A stretch of 27,019 bases of DNA from a virus (taxonomy: Duplodnaviria; Caudoviricetes): IMG/VR virus record IMGVR_UViG_3300037041_000986, positions 1 through 27,019 of that record. The stretch is one strand, 5' to 3'. Below the pieces are notes generated by a model. The model was not told the DNA's origin and did no database searches. It saw only the letters and a list, made by a program, of their open reading frames with translations. This document shows positions 17,533 through 24,717 of the stretch, one piece after another. The position numbers and the translations under genes are program-made. The stretch's first letter is position 1. Each line of letters starts with the position of its first letter.

Positions 17533-17987
17533 TTAAGTATTGAATATGTTAACGCGCTCAAAGATACAGTTATAAACGCGTAAGTTGTTATTTTCCACAC
17601 TTTTTTCAGACGTGTTTGTTTTTTCAGCTGCTTTTTATAGTCATTGCATATTATTACATCGCGTTCGTAGCTTTGAACCATAGCGTTTTTCAATAGCAGC
17701 ATGTCACTTTGTGTTTGGTGCTGTACTTTCATTGCTGATATAACCGTTTCTGCATTATATAGCAACGCATCGCATTCAACAGCCCTATTAACACATTCGC
17801 CGTATGCAATTTTATAGGCATCCAAACTATCAAAACGCAATGCGATGAACTCAGCATATTCGCGCGTTATCAAAAATCCGTTACCTACCTTTGTAACCTG
17901 ACAAGATGCGGCCAATGAGCAAAGTGTCAGAAATATTATCGTAATTAGTATTCGGTATTTCAATAATCTTAATTCGGTGTAAGTCAT
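17529..17987 (-). CDS. Spanin-like protein: signal peptide/lipobox-like end, coiled coil, C-terminal transmembrane helix
   Basis: ILITIIFLTLCSLAASC|Q signal; C-terminal ITTYAFITVSLSALTYSIL after a Lys-rich patch; overlaps the upstream gene by 107 nt (true start may be slightly downstream). Confidence 0.55.
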   Translation of the reverse strand: MTYTELRLLKYRILITIIFLTLCSLAASCQVTKVGNGFLITREYAEFIALRFDSLDAYKIAYGECVNRAVECDALLYNAETVISAMKVQHQTQSDMLLLKNAMVQSYERDVIICNDYKKQLKKQTRLKKVWKITTYAFITVSLSALTYSILK

Positions 17988-18210
17988 ATCTAAACTGTTT
18001 TATTTGTTTGTCTAATGTAGTCTGCATCGTATCTATATGCGCTTGTAGGCTATCTGATTTTGTCACAAATTTAGCATATATTTGGGACAAACTATCACGG
18101 GTTCGCTGTTCGTTTTTCTGTATATGTTTGTGCAGCTTAGTGCTATTATCAATGGTGATGTATAGCAATGCAGATACTAAAATTATTACAACGGCTATTA
18201 GGTATTTCAT
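17881..18210 (-). CDS. Inner-membrane spanin-like (Rz-like) protein
   Basis: N-terminal TM segment MKYLIAVVIILVSALLYITI followed by a coiled coil. Confidence 0.55.
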   Translation of the reverse strand: MKYLIAVVIILVSALLYITIDNSTKLHKHIQKNEQRTRDSLSQIYAKFVTKSDSLQAHIDTMQTTLDKQIKQFRYDLHRIKIIEIPNTNYDNISDTLLIGRILSGYKGR

Positions 18211-18332
18211 TTTCGAACTAAGTTTAAAGCAATGGCAACAGCTTGTTCTTGCGGTTTACCTTCAGCTATTAAGGTTTTAATGTTTTTAGAAATACATTTG
18301 TTATCACCGGGTAAGCATTTGATAAGTGGCAT
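18207..18332 (-). CDS. Small basic phage protein, 41 aa (not in the ORF track)
   Basis: MPLIKCLPGDNKCISKNIKTLIAEGKPQEQAVAIALNLVRK; matches from memory the widespread phage pattern MPL...IS.NI......GKPQ.QAVAIAL; ATGA overlap with the next gene. Confidence 0.8.
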   Translation of the reverse strand: MPLIKCLPGDNKCISKNIKTLIAEGKPQEQAVAIALNLVRK

Positions 18333-18350
18333 AGTGTTTAATTATATGTA

Positions 18351-18358
18351 CAAAAATA
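18351..18358 (-). promoter_or_regulatory. Possible -7 promoter element
   Basis: Minus strand TATTTTTG directly after the tape measure stop codon. Confidence 0.45.
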
Positions 18359-18360
18359 TG

Positions 18361-21156
18361 TTACTTTGACCAATTACGTGAAAAGTTTTTACGCGCTTGC
18401 CTTTGTTCTACAATTTTAAATATACCGTTGGCATTCGCACTAACTGTAGTTTTCGGCATGTACTTAGGCAGTTCGGTTAAAACATTTTCGATACGTTCTA
18501 ATCTGTTTTCTAGGCCGCCGTATGTTTGGGCCACGTTTACAAATATAGATTTTTGGCCTAACTCGCCACTTAATGAAACATTATTACCGAACGCACCTAA
18601 AGCGTTTTTAATGCCGCCTTGCTGATATGCTTTAGAAAATGTATTAAGTACATCCGCTGGTATTCTGTTATTATGTACGGCACTTAATACATCCCAATAC
18701 TTATCATTTGTATCGGTTGTAATTACGCGTTCACCTTCATTAAGCATTGCAGGGATTGTATCGCGGCCCGATTTATTATTGCCGCGTTCTAAGTATTCAA
18801 CACCATGAAAAAACGCGTTAGATGAAGCTACGCGCGCCTGTGCTAAACCAGCAATAAGTGCCGCAAGTGTTAATGCTATTGTAATAGGTGCAGCCGCGCC
18901 ACCTTCAGCCGCCGCCTTTGAAATGGCAATAGCAGCGTTAATAGCCAATTGTACAGATGCTAATGTTTTTTCACGTTCAACAGCCCGCGCCCGTTCGGCT
19001 TCTAACTTTTCTAAACGTTCTTTTTCAATTTCTAATTGTCGCGCGTTAAAGTCTTCGCTATTGCCGCGTATTTCATCCAATGCCGATTTGCTTTTGTCTA
19101 TTGCTTTGTCAAGTCCACTAATGTAGGCTTGTACCTGAGCGTTAAGAACTGAAAAAATAGAATCTGAAACACCTGTAATAACTTGACCTATTTGTTCAAT
19201 AAGTTTTTTAGGGTCGGGCGGTTCAATGCCATCTTCGGTAAGTTTGCCTAACTCAACTAATTTAGTTTCTAATTCAGATATTTGCTTATCAAAGTCAGAT
19301 AATAATTTAGTATCACCAGTTGAAACGGCCAACGCTCTTAGCTGATTCAAAAGCGTTATTTGTGCGGTTAATATTTTTTTATTAGTATCTTTTTCAAGTT
19401 CTAAACGGCGCTTATCATATATTTTGTTAATCTTTTCTTGTTCTTCAGCATTACCTGTTGCCGCTTGCAATAATGCGTTACGTTCTTGCTCTAATGCCGT
19501 TAGCTGGTTGTTTAGTTGAGTTTGTAAATTATTTTGCTGATTAGTTGACTGCGTACTATAAAAGTCTTCATACAAGCCAAAACGCTTTTTAAGCCCTTGT
19601 TTTACAAATTCATCTATTTGCTTTTCGGTCATGCCTAATTCTGTAGCATACCTTGTATATAAATCTTTTAGCACATCGTAGTATTGCATTTCTGCATCAA
19701 TACGTTCTTGGCTGCCTTCTTGCGTATCTGATATTTGTAAATTTAATAGCGCTTCAGTTTCGTCAATCTGTGCCTTTAATTTTTCAATGCGTTCTTTTTC
19801 TTTTTCGTCTAATGAATTATAGTAGTCTAAGTTTATTTTTTTGCGTTTGAGTATATTGTCTTGCATCATTAAAGTAATTTCAGCTTCACTATCGCCAAAA
19901 CCTTTTTGATTCTGTATTCTAAATCCTTCGATAACATCAATATATTTTAATTCGGCCCTTGCACGCGCTTCAGTACCTTCTTCAGTTAAACCGATTTCAA
20001 TTTTTAAAGCATTTTCAAGGTTGGTTAGTTCTTCTTGTAATAGTTTAGCTTTTTCATCGGTAGCGTTTCTGTTTACTTGCTTAATATCTTTTTGTGTTTT
20101 TTTTGCCGTTTTAACTTGGCGTTTGCCGCTATTTTCAGCATTTAAACCCAATGTTTTTTCAAGGTCTTTTGATGCTTGGTCAATAATTTTTAAAGAATTT
20201 TGATATTCTTTTTTTGAATCTTCAATGTTTTGTTTTTGGCGTTTTATATCATCCCTTGCGCCTTGAGAAACTTTTTTAATACCTTGCGCTCTTTGTTCTG
20301 CAATAATAGCTTCAGATTTAGCAATTCTATCTAATGAATATGTTTGTTGTTTTAATAATTTAGATGTTGCTTCTTCTAATGCTTGCGTCTTAGCTTGGGT
20401 AACCGCCTTTTTTATCAATGCTTGGTTAACTAAATCATAAGCGGCTGCAATTTCTTCAGCCGTTGATGCCTCAGTTAACATATTAGGTAAGTAATCGCCG
20501 TATTGCTGATTTATTTGTTCAATAACAGCACTTCTTTCATCGCCTTTAACATTAACATCAGTCAATGAATTAAACAATTCATCTACAGCTACTTTTTCTT
20601 TTGCATAATTATCAATTGCAGATTCAGCCGCTTCATTAAAACTTTTTTGCGCACCTGTTGCACCAGTTATAAGACTTATAACGGCAGGTATAGCAGTAAG
20701 TAATAAACCAAACGGATTTATACCGCCTAATAATCTAAATACATTGCCTAACATCATACCAGCGCGGCGCATACCATTTAGATTCCGCGCACCTTGTAGT
20801 AGTTGACCGCCAAAGCTTTTTTGCTTATTCGTTACATCAGCGGTTGAATCTGATATTTTTTTATTAGTTTTATCAAGTTCATTATTTATTTTAATACCTT
20901 CATTAGTTTGGCTGTTTATTTTTTTCTGTGTATTTACTAATACATTTCTTTTCTGATTTAGCTGTTCAACACCTTTAGCTTCAGTATTCAACACGTTAAC
21001 TAAGTTGCCCTGTGCTGCTTCTAAATCATCGGCAACATCAACGCCTTGGGCCATTGCGTTATTTAGTTCGTCAATACTTTGTATAGCTGAATTGATTTCA
21101 GTTTGAAACTGTGAACCATTAAATTCTAAACTATAAACGTCTTTAATTTCTGCCAT
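18361..21156 (-). CDS. Tail tape measure protein
   Basis: 931 aa, helical/coiled-coil, with hydrophobic Gly/Ala segments (LGGINPFGLLLTAIPAVISLI; AAAPITIALTLAALIAGLA) and a C-terminal DTIPAMLNEGERVI motif; follows a frameshifting chaperone gene. Confidence 0.9.
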   Translation of the reverse strand: MAEIKDVYSLEFNGSQFQTEINSAIQSIDELNNAMAQGVDVADDLEAAQGNLVNVLNTEAKGVEQLNQKRNVLVNTQKKINSQTNEGIKINNELDKTNKKISDSTADVTNKQKSFGGQLLQGARNLNGMRRAGMMLGNVFRLLGGINPFGLLLTAIPAVISLITGATGAQKSFNEAAESAIDNYAKEKVAVDELFNSLTDVNVKGDERSAVIEQINQQYGDYLPNMLTEASTAEEIAAAYDLVNQALIKKAVTQAKTQALEEATSKLLKQQTYSLDRIAKSEAIIAEQRAQGIKKVSQGARDDIKRQKQNIEDSKKEYQNSLKIIDQASKDLEKTLGLNAENSGKRQVKTAKKTQKDIKQVNRNATDEKAKLLQEELTNLENALKIEIGLTEEGTEARARAELKYIDVIEGFRIQNQKGFGDSEAEITLMMQDNILKRKKINLDYYNSLDEKEKERIEKLKAQIDETEALLNLQISDTQEGSQERIDAEMQYYDVLKDLYTRYATELGMTEKQIDEFVKQGLKKRFGLYEDFYSTQSTNQQNNLQTQLNNQLTALEQERNALLQAATGNAEEQEKINKIYDKRRLELEKDTNKKILTAQITLLNQLRALAVSTGDTKLLSDFDKQISELETKLVELGKLTEDGIEPPDPKKLIEQIGQVITGVSDSIFSVLNAQVQAYISGLDKAIDKSKSALDEIRGNSEDFNARQLEIEKERLEKLEAERARAVEREKTLASVQLAINAAIAISKAAAEGGAAAPITIALTLAALIAGLAQARVASSNAFFHGVEYLERGNNKSGRDTIPAMLNEGERVITTDTNDKYWDVLSAVHNNRIPADVLNTFSKAYQQGGIKNALGAFGNNVSLSGELGQKSIFVNVAQTYGGLENRLERIENVLTELPKYMPKTTVSANANGIFKIVEQRQARKNFSRNWSK

Positions 21157-21454
21157 TGTTTATTTTTTTATTAGCTTGTTCAGCCCTATCGTTATCTTTT
21201 AGTATTTGTTCTAATGCTGAATAATAATCGCGTATAACCCAAAATCTAACATTTGCCATTTGTACGGGGTCACCCTTAGTTATTATATAATCATTTTCGC
21301 GGTTTTGTTCTTTTAGTTTTTGCAGTGCGTGCTGATATGTTTGCGGTTTTCTTTTAGGTTTTACGTTCGGTTCTATTTTGTTTAGCCTTGGATAATTTAA
21401 TTTTTTAAAGCGCTCGAACCTTTCAAAATTTGTTCTATACTGTTCAAAAAAAAA
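21143..21454 (-). CDS. -1 frameshift extension of the tail assembly chaperone (gpGT-like); not in the ORF track
   Basis: After GCT TTT TTT TTG the -1 frame stays open for about 100 codons (FEQYRTNFERFERFKKLNYPRL...ITKGDPVQMANVRFWVIRDYYSALEQILKDNDRAEQANKKINNGRN*) and ends overlapping the tape measure ATG. Confidence 0.8.
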   Translation of the reverse strand, partial: FFFEQYRTNFERFERFKKLNYPRLNKIEPNVKPKRKPQTYQHALQKLKEQNRENDYIITKGDPVQMANVRFWVIRDYYSALEQILKDNDRAEQANKKINNGRN

Positions 21455-21957
21455 GCGCGCAGTTCATCATCGTTTTTAATTGCATCCATTTTACGTTGCT
21501 GCGTTTCGCTATTTATGATGTATGGGTTTTCACCATCGATATAAAAGAAATACAAACCAGCTTCCAATAATAGATCATCTATCTTTACGTTTTTAAGCCT
21601 GTACAGAATATCGTTTAGTTGGTCCTTAGACTTAGTATGAAATTCTTTTAGCTTATCGCGTGTCATGTTTTGCCATGGCATATCTTCAACCGTTTCTAAC
21701 ATACCGTTTAGCTTTTCAACTACTTCAGTTTTGTTAATGCCAAAATCAATAGCGGTCATCGCTTCCTCAATTCTTTGCGCACGTTCACGCGTTAAATTTG
21801 CAGGGTTTTTCAAAATGTAAAAGTTATTACCAGCGCGGTCTGTAAATACTCTAGTCAATTCTATACGCTGCTTTGTAGTTTCGGGAATGTAGGTTTTAAG
21901 CCACTTCTGATAATTACTTTCGTTTTGTTCGGCCCTGTTTCTTTTTCTGAAAATCAT
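21397..21957 (-). CDS. Tail assembly chaperone (gpG-like)
   Basis: 186 aa upstream of the tape measure with a T9 slippery tract near its 3' end. Confidence 0.75.
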   Translation of the reverse strand: MIFRKRNRAEQNESNYQKWLKTYIPETTKQRIELTRVFTDRAGNNFYILKNPANLTRERAQRIEEAMTAIDFGINKTEVVEKLNGMLETVEDMPWQNMTRDKLKEFHTKSKDQLNDILYRLKNVKIDDLLLEAGLYFFYIDGENPYIINSETQQRKMDAIKNDDELRAFFLNSIEQILKGSSALKN

Positions 21958-21975
21958 GTGTGTTTAATTTGGTTG

Positions 21976-21983
21976 TAAAGTTA
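21976..21983 (-). promoter_or_regulatory. Possible -7 element driving the tail operon
   Basis: Minus strand TAACTTTA(CA), one mismatch to TAnnTTTG, about 20 nt before the chaperone ATG. Confidence 0.45.
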
Positions 21984-22027
21984 GGGCAAAAAAAGATAAA
22001 ACATTTTATAAAATTTTTATAAAAATA

Positions 22028-22058
22028 TTTGCAGTTTTGAAAAGTGTTTGTATCTTTG
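22028..22058 (+). promoter_or_regulatory. Full Bacteroidota housekeeping promoter (-33/-7)
   Basis: TTTG (22028-22031), 19-nt spacer, TATCTTTG (22051-22058); matches TTTG-N19-21-TAnnTTTG. Confidence 0.85.
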
Positions 22059-22098
22059 AGCATCGATTTGATGAAACGCTTTAAAAAACTTCAAGATT

Positions 22099-22233
22099 AT
22101 GAGCACAGTAAACGTAATTAAAAACAGAATCACAAACAAAGTAATGTTTTTTCTTAATGGTAAGCAGGTTTTCCCTGTAGCTATTTCAGGTAACATTTAC
22201 AAATTCGAAAACGGTCAAAATATCATTCTTTAA
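22099..22233 (+). CDS. Hypothetical protein, 44 aa (not in the ORF track)
   Basis: MSTVNVIKNRITNKVMFFLNGKQVFPVAISGNIYKFENGQNIIL*; first ORF after the promoter, with an A-rich leader. Confidence 0.6.
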   Translation: MSTVNVIKNRITNKVMFFLNGKQVFPVAISGNIYKFENGQNIIL

Positions 22234-22245
22234 TCAAACAACATC

Positions 22246-22383
22246 ATGAAAAAACAAATGGATTCACAATTACTATTCCTATATCAAAGATATTATTTTA
22301 ATAAAGATATGGGCGATGTTCAAAGGGCTAACTATTGGCTTGGTAGAATCAAAGAATACGAATTAGAAAAAATAAATAAATAA
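22246..22383 (+). CDS. Hypothetical protein, 45 aa (not in the ORF track)
   Basis: MKKQMDSQLLFLYQRYYFNKDMGDVQRANYWLGRIKEYELEKINK*; packed between neighbours with 9-12 nt gaps. Confidence 0.6.
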   Translation: MKKQMDSQLLFLYQRYYFNKDMGDVQRANYWLGRIKEYELEKINK

Positions 22384-22392
22384 CACAACAAC

Positions 22393-22707
22393 ATGAAAAC
22401 ACTACTTTTTATTCTGCTATTTAGCGCGGCAGCTTATGCGCAAACATCAGATACTTTTTATTGCATTCAAATACTTAGCACCAGACACCCTGAATACATA
22501 CGCGCTGAGCATTTGGCTATGTGTACAATTGAACAGGCACAAGTAGAACAAGTAGATAGCTTGTATCGGATTATGTTTGTGTACAACACTTTCGAAGAAG
22601 CCGAAATTATGCTAACAACTTGGAAACGTGCACACAAAGACGCGTTTATTTGCCGCCGTACATCTCAACAAGTTCTTAACTATTATCAATTCTATACACA
22701 TGATTAG
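22393..22707 (+). CDS. Secreted SPOR-domain-like protein
   Basis: Signal peptide MKTLLFILLFSAAAYA|Q; YCIQI...YRI...NTFEEAE..L..WKRAHKDAFI follows the SPOR pattern (YxIQ, YRV, EEA, DAFI). Confidence 0.65.
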   Translation: MKTLLFILLFSAAAYAQTSDTFYCIQILSTRHPEYIRAEHLAMCTIEQAQVEQVDSLYRIMFVYNTFEEAEIMLTTWKRAHKDAFICRRTSQQVLNYYQFYTHD

Positions 22708-23467
22708 GCATATAGATATTAAAGGGAATAACCACAGAACCAAAAAAGGTATACTACAACAGTTTTTAACTGAAGCGCAAAGATACAAGCCATTGACGCG
22801 CGAAGAAGAACAAACAGCAAATCGCGATACGCTTATAAAACACAATATGTTGTTTGCTGCGTCTGTTGCGTTTCGTTACGATAACTCTCAATGTGATGTA
22901 ATGGATTTAATAAGCGAAGCTATGTTTGGCTTAATCAAAGCGGCCGATACGTTTAATCCATCGTTTGAAGTAAAGTTTATTAGTTACGCGTTGTTTCAAA
23001 TACAGCGCTATATTAAAGATTTTATTGATACTAAAAAAAACTGTGTAAGGTTACCACATAAGATAAGTCAGGTTAAATATCAATTAGGTAAGTACGAAGA
23101 AACCGATAGTCAGCTATTGGCCGAAAAACTAAACATACCTGAAAACATCATTAGGTCCGCGCAAAGCATTACAGGTTTTGTTAGCTTAGACGATACTAAT
23201 TTTGATGGTGACATAATGTATCAAGTCGCATCCGACGACCAAACAGATAAGCACGTATTAGAAATTGAAATGCAAGAACTTTATAATGAAGTTACCGAAT
23301 GTTTAACGGAACGTGAGTATAAGATTTTGCAGCTTAGATACTTCGATACGTTCCCGCAAGATTTAAGTCAGGTAGCCGATAAAATGAAGATTTGCCGCGA
23401 ACGTGTTAGGCAAATAGAAAAACAAGCGTTTCACAAAATTAGAAGCAAATATGCAAACGGAATCTAA
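22700..23467 (+). CDS. Phage-encoded sigma-70 family factor (RpoD/RpoH-like)
   Basis: Region 1.2 PLTREEE; region 2 DLISEAMFGLIKAADTFNP...KFISYA; VRLP; VSLD; region 4 LTEREYKILQLRY...RERVRQIEKQA. ATG 22700 is the likely start (255 aa). Confidence 0.9.
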   Translation: MIRHIDIKGNNHRTKKGILQQFLTEAQRYKPLTREEEQTANRDTLIKHNMLFAASVAFRYDNSQCDVMDLISEAMFGLIKAADTFNPSFEVKFISYALFQIQRYIKDFIDTKKNCVRLPHKISQVKYQLGKYEETDSQLLAEKLNIPENIIRSAQSITGFVSLDDTNFDGDIMYQVASDDQTDKHVLEIEMQELYNEVTECLTEREYKILQLRYFDTFPQDLSQVADKMKICRERVRQIEKQAFHKIRSKYANGI

Positions 23468-23840
23468 ATGGGTGCGCGAACTTATTTTAAGCGGCCAACC
23501 AGATAATATCGAATTAGGTTTAATACTAAACAATTCTTTTAATTTGTTCCCGTTAACGCGTAAGTTTTACCGCAAAAATAAGCGTTTTAAATTTTGGATA
23601 CCATCGCGCAACTACTCAGTAATAGAATCAGAATCTCGTTATTATTCATGGGTTGCACTATTGAACAACGAACTAAAAACGCATCGGGCATATTTCTGGT
23701 TAGATTTTCGCGAAGCTAAGTTTAAAACGCCTTGGGAACAATGGCAAAGGCATATTACTAACTATGCTAAATGGCCATATCAAGGACCGTTATTTAATTA
23801 CGGTGGGCATCCTTATACAGCTATGTTCACAAAAAGCTAA
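23451..23840 (+). CDS. Hypothetical protein, aromatic-rich and basic
   Basis: 129 aa; overlaps the end of the sigma gene, and its stop overlaps the convergent stop of the phosphoesterase gene. Confidence 0.6.
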   Translation: MQTESKWVRELILSGQPDNIELGLILNNSFNLFPLTRKFYRKNKRFKFWIPSRNYSVIESESRYYSWVALLNNELKTHRAYFWLDFREAKFKTPWEQWQRHITNYAKWPYQGPLFNYGGHPYTAMFTKS

Positions 23841-24673
23841 TACATCTTACCGTTTGCAAGGAACTTATCGGCCCAAACATTTACCTGTTCTACATAAAAA
23901 TCGCCATTGTCAGTTATGTTGACGATGGCGAAACCGTTTGCCCACACTTGGCGCTGAAATCTGGGCATGTAGCTAAAACCTTTAGACTTTATATCGAATA
24001 AACCGCCGATATTATAAGCTGCTTTGTTCCCGGCATGGTAGCATTGAACCCTATGCGTATGGCCAAACATTACAGAATGCTGCGTTTTATCTAAGTGAGA
24101 TTTTGCGGCATGAATAGAAGTGTAAACGCCATGCACAACGTCTAAGTGTTTGCCTAATGTGAAATAGTCGCTTTGCCAATCTGTTTTAACTTCCCAACCA
24201 CGTTCGTGTAGATATAGCGCTTCAGTTGGGTTTATTAGTGCGCCGCCGTACTTTGCATTATCTTTTTCTTTGATATGCCTAAAATAGCGGTCTTCATGAT
24301 TACCGAATAGAAAATATTTCTTTGAACCTTTGAACGCGCTGTTAATTTCATCAATGCCATGCAGCCCATCTATATATTCATCTTGTAATGTTAGCCCTGA
24401 TAAGTTGGCTAATGATTCGTTATTATAGCTACCTAAGGTGTACAGGTCTAAGTAATCACCAGCTAATACAATTCCGTGAAGGTTGGCGCCTAATTCGCTT
24501 ATAAGCCTTAGTAGTTTCTGCCATAGTATCTGATTGTGAAACGGGCGGTGTACATCGCTAACAACTAACCAGCGCTGCATCGTTTTGTGCTGATAGCGTT
24601 TTTCATTTATTAGGTTTTTCCAGTATTCTATTTCTGCATTAGAATGTACTTTAATCTTGGGGCGGTACAGCAT
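23837..24673 (-). CDS. Calcineurin-like metallophosphoesterase
   Basis: All five motifs present: SDVH, GDYLD, GNHE, HG, GHTH. Confidence 0.9.
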   Translation of the reverse strand: MLYRPKIKVHSNAEIEYWKNLINEKRYQHKTMQRWLVVSDVHRPFHNQILWQKLLRLISELGANLHGIVLAGDYLDLYTLGSYNNESLANLSGLTLQDEYIDGLHGIDEINSAFKGSKKYFLFGNHEDRYFRHIKEKDNAKYGGALINPTEALYLHERGWEVKTDWQSDYFTLGKHLDVVHGVYTSIHAAKSHLDKTQHSVMFGHTHRVQCYHAGNKAAYNIGGLFDIKSKGFSYMPRFQRQVWANGFAIVNITDNGDFYVEQVNVWADKFLANGKMY

Positions 24674-24717
24674 AGGGTATAGTTTAGGGTTATCATTTCG
24701 TTGGCTTCAACGATATG

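Noticed and set aside
224-20203. Plus-strand ORFs in the track (224, 564, 911, 1214, 1414, 3572, 4028, 6868, 7198, 9883, 12062, 14274, 18008, 18428, 18923, 19653, 20021)
   Set aside because: They are antisense shadows of long, coherent minus-strand genes, with no recognisable motifs and mostly non-ATG starts.
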